Of a DNA stretch of 64,000 nt, positions 46,336 to 53,867 are shown piece by piece (position 1 is the stretch's first letter; each line of letters starts with the position of its first letter). A program made the position numbers and the translations under genes. Source of the DNA: an uncultured Oligoflexia bacterium (GTDB taxonomy: Bacteria > Bdellovibrionota > Bacteriovoracia > Bacteriovoracales > Bacteriovoracaceae). The notes under the pieces were generated by a model. It was not told the DNA's origin, made no database searches, and was given only the letters and a program-made list of their open reading frames with translations. The stretch is taken from the NCBI GenBank assembly GCA_950061135.1, contig CATLVU010000002.1, forward strand, positions 3 through 64,002, given 5' to 3'.

Positions 46336-47429
46336 ACACTTCTAGATATAAATTCTTATTAGATGGGAAACAATACCAAGAAGAGTATCTTCATTTAATT
46401 CGAGAAGCAAAAAACTCTATTTATATTCATACTTATATTTTTAAAAACGATAGTTTTGGTGGTCAAGTTATTGATGAGTTAAAAAAACAAGCATCAAAAG
46501 GAGTTAAGATCTATGTTTTAATTGATTATATTGGTTCTTTTGACTTTGATCTTAAAAAATTAAAATTTCAGAATATTGATGTGAGGTTCTTTAATACCTT
46601 TAAAGTGTTTAATATTTTGAAAAGCGGTAGACGGTTACATCAAAAAATTTTAGTTGTTGATAAATCAAAAGCAATAATTGGAGGAATTAATATTATTGAC
46701 TCTTTTATTGAAAATGAAGAACCAAGGTTAGACTTTGCTATTAGCCTTGTTGATAAAAAAATAGTCTCTCAAGTTTATCAATACTGTTCTGATTTATATG
46801 AAAAAAAGAAGATCAAGCAAATTGTAAACAAGAAGAAAGTAAAAGTTTTAATTAATGACTGGTATAAGAAAAAGTCTTTTATTTTTGATTCTACTTTTGG
46901 CCAGATAAAAAGAAGCAAAAAAGAAATTATTTTGATCCATGGTTACTTTCTTCCATCGGTAAAAGTTTTTAGGTTAATAAGAAAAAAAGCTAAACAAAAT
47001 CTTGATATTAAAATATTACTTCCTCGAAAGTCTGACTGGAGAATATGGGTTTGGGCCACATCTCACCTTTATTCCAAATTAATCACGAGCGGCGTTAAAG
47101 TATATGAATGGCCATACTCTCATCTACACGGGAAATTAGCTATTTTTGATTGTCAAAAAATTAATACTGGTTCTTATAATATGAACTACATGAGCGATTA
47201 TGGAAATATTGAATTGAATTTGAGTATAGATGATGAAGAATTTGTAAAAAATATATGTGAAAGAGAATTAAAAGACATTTTTAAAAAATCAAGTTTAATT
47301 AAGCTAGAAAACCTTAATAAAAGAAATTTTTTAGTATTATTAAGAAATTTTCTCAGTTTTTACTTATTGATAATAACATCAAAAATTTCAGTTAATCTTA
47401 TATGGTTTGGTCGGCAACTTCGTCTTTAA
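46332..47429 (+). CDS. phospholipase-D-family cardiolipin synthase-like protein (ClsB-like)
   Basis: Two HKD motifs (HQKILVVDKSKAIIGGIN and HGKLAIFDCQKINTGSYN) and a C-terminal hydrophobic segment. Confidence 0.8.
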   Translation: MNTSRYKFLLDGKQYQEEYLHLIREAKNSIYIHTYIFKNDSFGGQVIDELKKQASKGVKIYVLIDYIGSFDFDLKKLKFQNIDVRFFNTFKVFNILKSGRRLHQKILVVDKSKAIIGGINIIDSFIENEEPRLDFAISLVDKKIVSQVYQYCSDLYEKKKIKQIVNKKKVKVLINDWYKKKSFIFDSTFGQIKRSKKEIILIHGYFLPSVKVFRLIRKKAKQNLDIKILLPRKSDWRIWVWATSHLYSKLITSGVKVYEWPYSHLHGKLAIFDCQKINTGSYNMNYMSDYGNIELNLSIDDEEFVKNICERELKDIFKKSSLIKLENLNKRNFLVLLRNFLSFYLLIITSKISVNLIWFGRQLRL

Positions 47430-47927
47430 TTATTTTTTTCTAAAACGAATCATTTCATCGGCTAAGATTGTTTGCGCGATTAAGGCCGTATAGGTGGCAT
47501 ATAAGCCTGTTCCTGAAAGCATTAGTATGATACCTAAAATCTTTCCAATGACGGTTACAGGAATAATATCTCCATATCCAACAGTAGTTGCTGTTGAGTA
47601 TGCCCACCAAACGGCATCTAAGTACGAAGTAATTTTGTTATTTGCTTCTTGCTCTAGCAGGTAGAATATATAAGAGAATATCAAAATAAAACTATTGCCA
47701 AAAAAAGTTATAATAAAAAAAGCTTGGCTGGTGATAAGCTCAATGATTATTTTATTAAATTTGATCCCATGATGAATTATTTTCATCTTTACATTATGCA
47801 ATAAAAAAATGCTGATAACAATCATATAAAATTCTGAGTAATATCTCCGACAGATCTTGGCAGAACTGAGAATTTGATATTGTTCATTACTTTTAAAAAG
47901 GAGTTTATATGAAAAAGTATGTAGCAT
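47430..47927 (-). CDS. minimal 2-TM potassium channel (KcsA-like pore only)
   Basis: Selectivity filter TTVGYGD flanked by two TMs. The true start may be an internal Met (e.g. MKIIHHG at about 47786), because the annotated 5' end overlaps the divergent gene at 47909. Confidence 0.75.
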   Translation of the reverse strand: MLHTFSYKLLFKSNEQYQILSSAKICRRYYSEFYMIVISIFLLHNVKMKIIHHGIKFNKIIIELITSQAFFIITFFGNSFILIFSYIFYLLEQEANNKITSYLDAVWWAYSTATTVGYGDIIPVTVIGKILGIILMLSGTGLYATYTALIAQTILADEMIRFRKK

Positions 47928-48625
47928 TAATTTCTCTGATTTTTACACAATTATTATTTGCAGCCCCTGTAATTGTAAATGCACCAATTCAAAAATTATT
48001 TATTCCATCAGGATATGATAATAACGATAATGTGGAAGTTATTGTAACAGGTTTTTTTACAAACCCATGTTACGCTCGACATAAATTTACAGTAGATGTT
48101 GTCGATGATGTTATTGATATCAAGATAACAGCATTAAGCACGCTAAGAGTGGATGAGGCATGCATGGATATGATGATTCCATTTAAAGAAGTTGTCACGA
48201 TTGGTAACTTACAAGCTGGTGATTACACAATTTTTGTAAATAAAAATACCGCTAATGAAATTAAAGATAAAATGAAAGTTAATTTAGCAAGCTCACAAAG
48301 TGTTGATGATCATATCTATGCCATGGTTGATTATATTGACCTAGGGTTTGTTGGTGGTGAAAATGGAGAGTTAAACCTTGTAGGATGGTTACCAAGTGAT
48401 TGTTTAGAATTCGATAGAGTTGAAATGATTGATAATGGTAAAGATGTTTTGTCAGTTCTTCCTATAATGAAAAGAGTAAGTGATTTTTGTCCGATGAAGC
48501 TTACTCCGCTTAATATTCCTGTTAAGTTTGACACGACAAGATTTAAGTCAAAGCAGGTTCTTGTCTTTACTAGAACAATTGATGGCAAATCTGTAAATGC
48601 TTTAATTAGTACAGAGAATAAATAA
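47909..48625 (+). CDS. secreted hypothetical protein
   Basis: RBS aaAGGAGtttat and signal peptide MKKYVALISLIFTQLLFA. 238 aa with 6 Cys. Confidence 0.6.
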   Translation: MKKYVALISLIFTQLLFAAPVIVNAPIQKLFIPSGYDNNDNVEVIVTGFFTNPCYARHKFTVDVVDDVIDIKITALSTLRVDEACMDMMIPFKEVVTIGNLQAGDYTIFVNKNTANEIKDKMKVNLASSQSVDDHIYAMVDYIDLGFVGGENGELNLVGWLPSDCLEFDRVEMIDNGKDVLSVLPIMKRVSDFCPMKLTPLNIPVKFDTTRFKSKQVLVFTRTIDGKSVNALISTENK

Positions 48626-48627
48626 AG

Positions 48628-49293
48628 ATGAAGGCAGTATTATTTTTTTCTACTATTTTATTTAGTTTTACTTGCTGGGGGAGTTTTTTCCCCAGCACTA
48701 TTGATAATAAGCAACAATTAAAATCTACACAAAAACGTAATCTTGTTTTAGATACACCAGAGTTTATTCTAGATTTTGAAAGAAAAATGTCGCCTTTAGT
48801 TAACGCTCAAGGTGGAATTTTGGAAATATTTGTTAGCTCAGAGCAGTCAATGAATGCTAAAGCGACAAGAGAGCAATTTGATGGGAAAGAGTTATGGTTA
48901 ATAGAAATTTATCAAGGTTTACTTGCTTCAGAAAATTTAACTGAAGATGAAATATTATTAGTTTTATGTCACGAGCTAGGACATCATTTAGCAGGCCCTC
49001 CAACTGCCCAAAGAGGAGGCTGGGCTTCTTGTGAAGGTCAAGCAGATTATTGGGCAACTGCAAACTGCTTCAGACAAGTGGTGAGGTCAGATGTTTCTGT
49101 AGAAAAGACATCACTTAATTTAACAACTCACTATTCACAACTATCTTTTAAATCTCCGCCTTCATTAAATCGAAGATCCACAACTGAAGTCCAGCGCATA
49201 AATTATGGGTATCCAGCTCCTCAATGTCGATTAGATACCTTGTTGGCGGGACATTATGGAGATAAAAGACCTAATTGTTGGTTTGTTGAGTAA
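48628..49293 (+). CDS. secreted putative zinc metalloprotease (HExxH)
   Basis: Signal peptide plus CHELGHHLAG. The family is not recognised. Confidence 0.5.
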   Translation: MKAVLFFSTILFSFTCWGSFFPSTIDNKQQLKSTQKRNLVLDTPEFILDFERKMSPLVNAQGGILEIFVSSEQSMNAKATREQFDGKELWLIEIYQGLLASENLTEDEILLVLCHELGHHLAGPPTAQRGGWASCEGQADYWATANCFRQVVRSDVSVEKTSLNLTTHYSQLSFKSPPSLNRRSTTEVQRINYGYPAPQCRLDTLLAGHYGDKRPNCWFVE

Positions 49294-49296
49294 TGC

Positions 49297-49917
49297 TTAA
49301 CTATAGTAGTCTTCATCTAATGAAAGTAGTTGTTCATGATTTATGATAGAAAAATCTCTTCCTTCTTTTTTTATTAAGTTTTGCTTTTCTAATTGAGTCA
49401 TTACTCTAGCAACTGTTTCAAAAGTCGTGCCTGCATATTCTGCTATTTCTTTTCTTGTCCAAACATAGTTGGGGTGTTTAAGTTTCAAATAGACTAAGGA
49501 TTCAGAAATTCTTTTATGAGCTGTTTTGTCAAAAAGGCCAGCAAGCCTAAGTTCTGCCTGACCTAAATCTTGGGAAATATTTCTAATTACTTCTCTTATT
49601 AAGTCGGGGTTTACTTCGCAAATTCTTTTGCATTCTTCTTTTGATATAACTGCAAGTACTACAGGTGTTAGTGCTATTGATGAAGCATGGTATGGTTCTT
49701 CAGCAAAGTATGAACGATGACCTAATATATCATCTTTTCCAAATACTCTAAAAAACGTTTCTTTTCCAGATTCTGATATATGAAAAAGTCCAACTAGCCC
49801 TGAAACAATAAAATATAAGTTTTTTGGTTCATCACCTTCATGATAAATAATTTGATTTCTTTTAAACTCTATTTCAGACTTTTTCTCAATATAAGGTTCA
49901 ACTGATTTATAAAACAT
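49297..49917 (-). CDS. Crp/Fnr-family regulator, FixK-like (no N-terminal Cys cluster)
   Basis: cNMP-binding barrel (LYFIVSGLVGLF) and an HTH with an FNR/FixK-type recognition helix, TFETVARVM. It lacks the N-terminal Cys cluster (FNR-type Fe-S ligands). Confidence 0.85.
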   Translation of the reverse strand: MFYKSVEPYIEKKSEIEFKRNQIIYHEGDEPKNLYFIVSGLVGLFHISESGKETFFRVFGKDDILGHRSYFAEEPYHASSIALTPVVLAVISKEECKRICEVNPDLIREVIRNISQDLGQAELRLAGLFDKTAHKRISESLVYLKLKHPNYVWTRKEIAEYAGTTFETVARVMTQLEKQNLIKKEGRDFSIINHEQLLSLDEDYYS

Positions 49918-49938
49918 ATTTAATTTATCCTAATAAGT

Positions 49939-49952
49939 TTGATCTTAGTCAA
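49939..49952. promoter_or_regulatory. FNR/FixK-type box candidate TTGATcttaGTCAA
   Basis: 9/10 match to TTGAT-N4-ATCAA, in the divergent region between the Crp/Fnr gene (start 49917) and the MBL gene (ATG 50011). Confidence 0.5.
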
Positions 49953-50010
49953 GGTTATTGTTTTTTTATTTTGGTAATCTGTATTTATAAATATGAACAA
50001 GGAGTTATAT

Positions 50011-50871
50011 ATGAAACACAAATTAGAAACATTTTTTGATGAAAACACATATACCTTAACATATGTGCTTTATAGTGAAAAAACAAAAGATGCAATTATT
50101 ATTGATCCAGTTCTGGATTATGACCCAGCAGCCTCAAGAGTATCAGATGAATCTATTACAAAAGTAATTAATTTTATCAAAAAGAATGATTTGAACGTTC
50201 ATTATGTTTTAGAAACACATGCTCATGCTGACCATTTAACAGGAGCTGCTGAACTAAAAAAGAGACTTGAAGGAGTTAAGATTGCAATTGGTAAAAATAT
50301 CACAAAGGTTCAAGAATTGTTTAGTGGTGTTTTTAATCTAAAAGATCTTAATATTAATGGAATACAATTTGATGTTCTTTTGAATGAAGAAGATGTTCTT
50401 AAAGCAGGTGATATTGAAATATCCACAATTTTTACTCCCGGACATACTCCGGCATGTTCATCATATCTTATTGATGACATGCTTTTTACAGGTGATGCTT
50501 TATTTATGCCAGATTATGGAACTGGTCGTTGTGATTTTCCTGCTGGCAGTGCAAAAGATTTATACCATTCTATTCATGAAAAATTATATCAACTTCCAGA
50601 TACAACAAGAGTTTTGACAGGTCATGATTATCAACCCAATGGGAGACAATTAGAGTACGAATCTACTATTGGCGAAAATAAAAAAAATAATATTCAGCTT
50701 AAGGAGTCAACAACTGAAGAAGAATTTATTAAATTTAGAACGACAAGAGATGCAACTTTGTCAGCTCCTCGATTATTATTGCCAAGTATTCAAGTAAATA
50801 TTGATGCAGGGAAATTACCAACAGCGGAAGAAAACGGAACTCAGTATTTAAAAATACCAGTAAGAAAATAA
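50011..50871 (+). CDS. MBL-fold metallohydrolase (glyoxalase II / persulfide-dioxygenase-like)
   Basis: ETHAHADHLTG metal motif, TPGHTPAC, and a later D/H (GHDY). ATG 50011 has the RBS AAGGAG at 6-nt spacing; the ORF track starts at 49993. Confidence 0.8.
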   Translation: MKHKLETFFDENTYTLTYVLYSEKTKDAIIIDPVLDYDPAASRVSDESITKVINFIKKNDLNVHYVLETHAHADHLTGAAELKKRLEGVKIAIGKNITKVQELFSGVFNLKDLNINGIQFDVLLNEEDVLKAGDIEISTIFTPGHTPACSSYLIDDMLFTGDALFMPDYGTGRCDFPAGSAKDLYHSIHEKLYQLPDTTRVLTGHDYQPNGRQLEYESTIGENKKNNIQLKESTTEEEFIKFRTTRDATLSAPRLLLPSIQVNIDAGKLPTAEENGTQYLKIPVRK

Positions 50872-50879
50872 GGATTTAT

Positions 50880-51398
50880 ATGAATTGCTTAAATCTTTTA
50901 GATATCGACTCTGAAATAAAATTTCCTGAGTTTAAACATTTGATTCGAGTGGATAATATTTATGTGGGAGCAGCAATTACGTCGGCTAGACAGATAGAAA
51001 TTCTAAAATCATTAGGAGTGACAGTAGTAGTTAATCTTCAAAATATAAAAAAAACGCCATTTAATGACGAAGAAGAATTTAATAAGTATGGCCTGGGCTA
51101 TAAGTATTTTCCGATTAAAGATTTAAGCAAAATTGACTTTAACTTCCTTCAAAAATTTGGAGAATTAATAAACTATAAAACTCAAAAATTTTTTTTATAT
51201 AGTTTAACCGGAGATAGGGCGGCTGCATTATTAGCATTGAATTCTTGTCTAGTATGTGGTCATCCTAAAACAAGAGCTATGGAGTTTGGTATTAAACTAG
51301 GAGTTAGACATCAAGAAACAATAAATATTATGGAAAAACTTTTTTTTAATGAAAGTAAAGTCGACCTAGAAAAAACTGATAAAAGTCATGTTGTTTAA
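50880..51398 (+). CDS. dual-specificity-phosphatase/DUF442-like fold with Ser in place of the catalytic Cys (putative pseudo-phosphatase)
   Basis: DSP-like layout (IYVGAA...LKSLGVTVVVNL...YKYFPIKD) with the P-loop position reading FFLYSLTGDRAAA, where HCxxGxxR(S/A) would be expected. Confidence 0.45.
   Translation: MNCLNLLDIDSEIKFPEFKHLIRVDNIYVGAAITSARQIEILKSLGVTVVVNLQNIKKTPFNDEEEFNKYGLGYKYFPIKDLSKIDFNFLQKFGELINYKTQKFFLYSLTGDRAAALLALNSCLVCGHPKTRAMEFGIKLGVRHQETINIMEKLFFNESKVDLEKTDKSHVV
51376..51389. promoter_or_regulatory. weaker FNR/FixK-type box candidate CTGATaaaaGTCAT
   Basis: 7/10 match to the consensus. It lies in the last 25 nt of the preceding ORF, 75-88 nt upstream of ATG 51464, the same spacing as the boxes at 40466 and 58555. 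Confidence 0.3.
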
Positions 51399-51463
51399 TG
51401 TTATGGGGTCATATTAATTAGAGACAATTTAGCCGAATATATTAACAAACGAGGAGGTTAAAT

Positions 51464-51574
51464 ATGTGTCCATTATGTGCTCTTGCTATTGGTACAGCTA
51501 CGTCATCACCAATTATTGGTTTTTGTTTCTTTAAGTTTTTTAGAAGGAAAAAATCTCAAAATAAAAAAGCTTAG
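51464..51574 (+). CDS. 36-aa membrane micro-protein with an N-terminal CPxC motif (not in the ORF track)
   Basis: Strong RBS (cGAGGAGGttaaat) before ATG 51464. Translates to MCPLCALAIGTATSSPIIGFCFFKFFRRKKSQNKKA with TAG at 51572..51574. It lies 11 nt upstream of the P-type ATPase gene. Confidence 0.5.
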   Translation: MCPLCALAIGTATSSPIIGFCFFKFFRRKKSQNKKA

Positions 51575-51585
51575 AAGGTTTAACT

Positions 51586-53694
51586 ATGAGTTCTGTTCAG
51601 TTAAAAGTTGAGGGCATTCATTGTATAAGATGTGTTCAGAAAATTAATAATTGTTTAAATAAAGAAAAAGAGATTATTGATTCGAATGTGAATTTAGATT
51701 ATGGATTAATAGACTTAGAACTAAATAATGATGAACCTATTATTACTCAAAATATTGCAAAAAAAATAGAAGGACTTGGGTTTAAAACTTCAATTTTAAC
51801 ATCGGATGAAACAAGTAAAAATACAGAACTTAAGCTTAAAGCAAGAAGTAGTCTGTTGAGATTAGCTATTATAGGTGCTTTAACAGGAAATATCATGTTG
51901 CTTTCATTTTCTGATTATTTTGCATCAGAAGAAAATGAAATAATAAACTACATGAGATTAATTAGTGCTGCTTTGTTTATACCAGTACTGTTTTATGGTG
52001 CTTTTCCGATATATAAAAATAGCTGGATATCTTTGATTAATAAAAAGGTTTCAATAGATCTTCCTATAGCCTTGGCAATAATAGTATCAGCATTTTTCAG
52101 CTATTATAATTTTTTAGTGTCAGGTGAAAATGTTTATTTTGATTCTCTTTCTATGTTTATCTTTTTTATACTAGGTTCAAGATTTTTGGTTTTCAAAATT
52201 CAACAAAGATATTTGTCTCCTATCTTGCAAGCCGACATTATTAGACAAACAGAGATTTTGAAGAAAGTGAAAGGCAATTGGGTATTAACTAAACTTGAAA
52301 ATATTCAATCAGATGACAGGTTATTAATTAAGAAAAATGAATATATACCAATTGATGGGGTTTTACTTTCAAAAGAAACTATTATTAATTCTTCAACTTT
52401 ATCAGGAGAATCAACGCCATACCTATTAAAAGAATACGATAAAGTATACGCAGGTCATAAAAATTTGGGTGGCGATATTGAAGTCATGTCAAGTTGCGAT
52501 TATAAAGAGACAAGGCTTGCATCGCTATTGAAAAAAATAAATAAATCTTTAAGCAATGACACAGAGAAAACGACTCTTGTTGATAAAGGCGCACAGTGGT
52601 TAGTTGTAGGTGTTTTTGTCCTCGCAATTTTATTTGTTTTCTTTAATTACCATCTTGATTCTCAGGAGTTGATTGCAAGACTACTTGCTTTATTTGTAGT
52701 GGCATGCCCGTGTGCAATCGCAATTATAACTCCTTTGGCACAAAGACTCTCTATTAAATATGGAATAAAAAAAGATATCTTATTTAAAAATCCAACTGTG
52801 GTAGAAAAACTTAATGATTGCGAATCGTTTATTTTTGATAAGACAGGTACATTAACATTAAGCTCTGAACATTTTGCTAAGTGGTCTCCAAGAATGCCCT
52901 TGATAGAAGAGGCAAGTATAATTCTTGCAATGGAAAAAAGAAGTGATCATAGTTTAAGTGCTCCTATTATACGTTCTCTACCTAAAGGGCTTAAAGAGGT
53001 CATAATAAATAAATTCAATGAAGTATCAGGGAAAGGTATTGAGTGCGAGTATAATGGACACTTTTATGAAATTAAAAAATCAGAAAAATCCAATGGTAGT
53101 GGTTTCTTTAAAGATGGATTAGAAGTTTTAAATGTAGAAGTAGATAAGGAATTACGTGAAGATGCAAAGAATATTATTCAAAAACTGAAAAATTCTAATC
53201 GGAAAATTTATCTTATGTCAGGAGATTCAGAAAAGAATTCGAATGAAATAGCAATTGAGCTTAATATACCAAAAGAGCAAGTTTTTAGTGACTGTACGCC
53301 TCAAAGCAAAGCTTTGATAACTAAAAGAATAAAAGAGATGGGATTTGAAAAAGTCGCTTTTATTGGTGATGGGATCAATGATAGTCTCGCTATGTTAGAA
53401 TCGGATATTGCAATTTCTGTTAATTCTTGTACTGAAACAAGTTTTCAAAGTTCTGATATTCATTTTTTAAAAAATGATATGAACTTGCTTCTAGAAGCTA
53501 TCCAAATATCAAACAGCGTAGATGAAATTATTTATTTCAATCTGTTTTTAAGCTTGGTATATAATGTCGCATTTGCAACATTAGCGTTAATGGGAATGAT
53601 AGGTCCATTGGTTGCTGTTGTCTTAATGCCATCAAGTACATTATTTATGCTTGTGATTACCCTAATCTTTTTTAATAGGAAATTTGAATCATGA
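51586..53694 (+). CDS. ccoI: heavy-metal (copper) translocating P1B-type ATPase, CcoI/FixI-like
   Basis: N-terminal HMA-like GIHCIRC, TM CPC motif (VACPCAI), DKTGTLT and GDGINDS. It sits directly upstream of ccoS-ccoNO. Confidence 0.88.
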   Translation: MSSVQLKVEGIHCIRCVQKINNCLNKEKEIIDSNVNLDYGLIDLELNNDEPIITQNIAKKIEGLGFKTSILTSDETSKNTELKLKARSSLLRLAIIGALTGNIMLLSFSDYFASEENEIINYMRLISAALFIPVLFYGAFPIYKNSWISLINKKVSIDLPIALAIIVSAFFSYYNFLVSGENVYFDSLSMFIFFILGSRFLVFKIQQRYLSPILQADIIRQTEILKKVKGNWVLTKLENIQSDDRLLIKKNEYIPIDGVLLSKETIINSSTLSGESTPYLLKEYDKVYAGHKNLGGDIEVMSSCDYKETRLASLLKKINKSLSNDTEKTTLVDKGAQWLVVGVFVLAILFVFFNYHLDSQELIARLLALFVVACPCAIAIITPLAQRLSIKYGIKKDILFKNPTVVEKLNDCESFIFDKTGTLTLSSEHFAKWSPRMPLIEEASIILAMEKRSDHSLSAPIIRSLPKGLKEVIINKFNEVSGKGIECEYNGHFYEIKKSEKSNGSGFFKDGLEVLNVEVDKELREDAKNIIQKLKNSNRKIYLMSGDSEKNSNEIAIELNIPKEQVFSDCTPQSKALITKRIKEMGFEKVAFIGDGINDSLAMLESDIAISVNSCTETSFQSSDIHFLKNDMNLLLEAIQISNSVDEIIYFNLFLSLVYNVAFATLALMGMIGPLVAVVLMPSSTLFMLVITLIFFNRKFES

Positions 53695-53867
53695 GCATTT
53701 TAATTATGACAATTCCTGTTTCATTTACTTTAGTCTTACTATTTTTATTACTTTTTTTTAAGTCTAATAGAGAGGGAGACTTTGATGACCTAGAATCGCC
53801 AGCACATAATATTTTTTTAGATGATATACAAAATGAAGGAGAAAAAAGTGAGTCTACAGATGGATGA
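53691..53867 (+). CDS. ccoS: cbb3 oxidase maturation protein CcoS/FixS (58 aa, not in the ORF track)
   Basis: ATGA overlap with the ccoI stop. One TM followed by the CcoS signature GDFDDLESPAHNIFLDD. Confidence 0.8.
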   Translation: MSILIMTIPVSFTLVLLFLLLFFKSNREGDFDDLESPAHNIFLDDIQNEGEKSESTDG

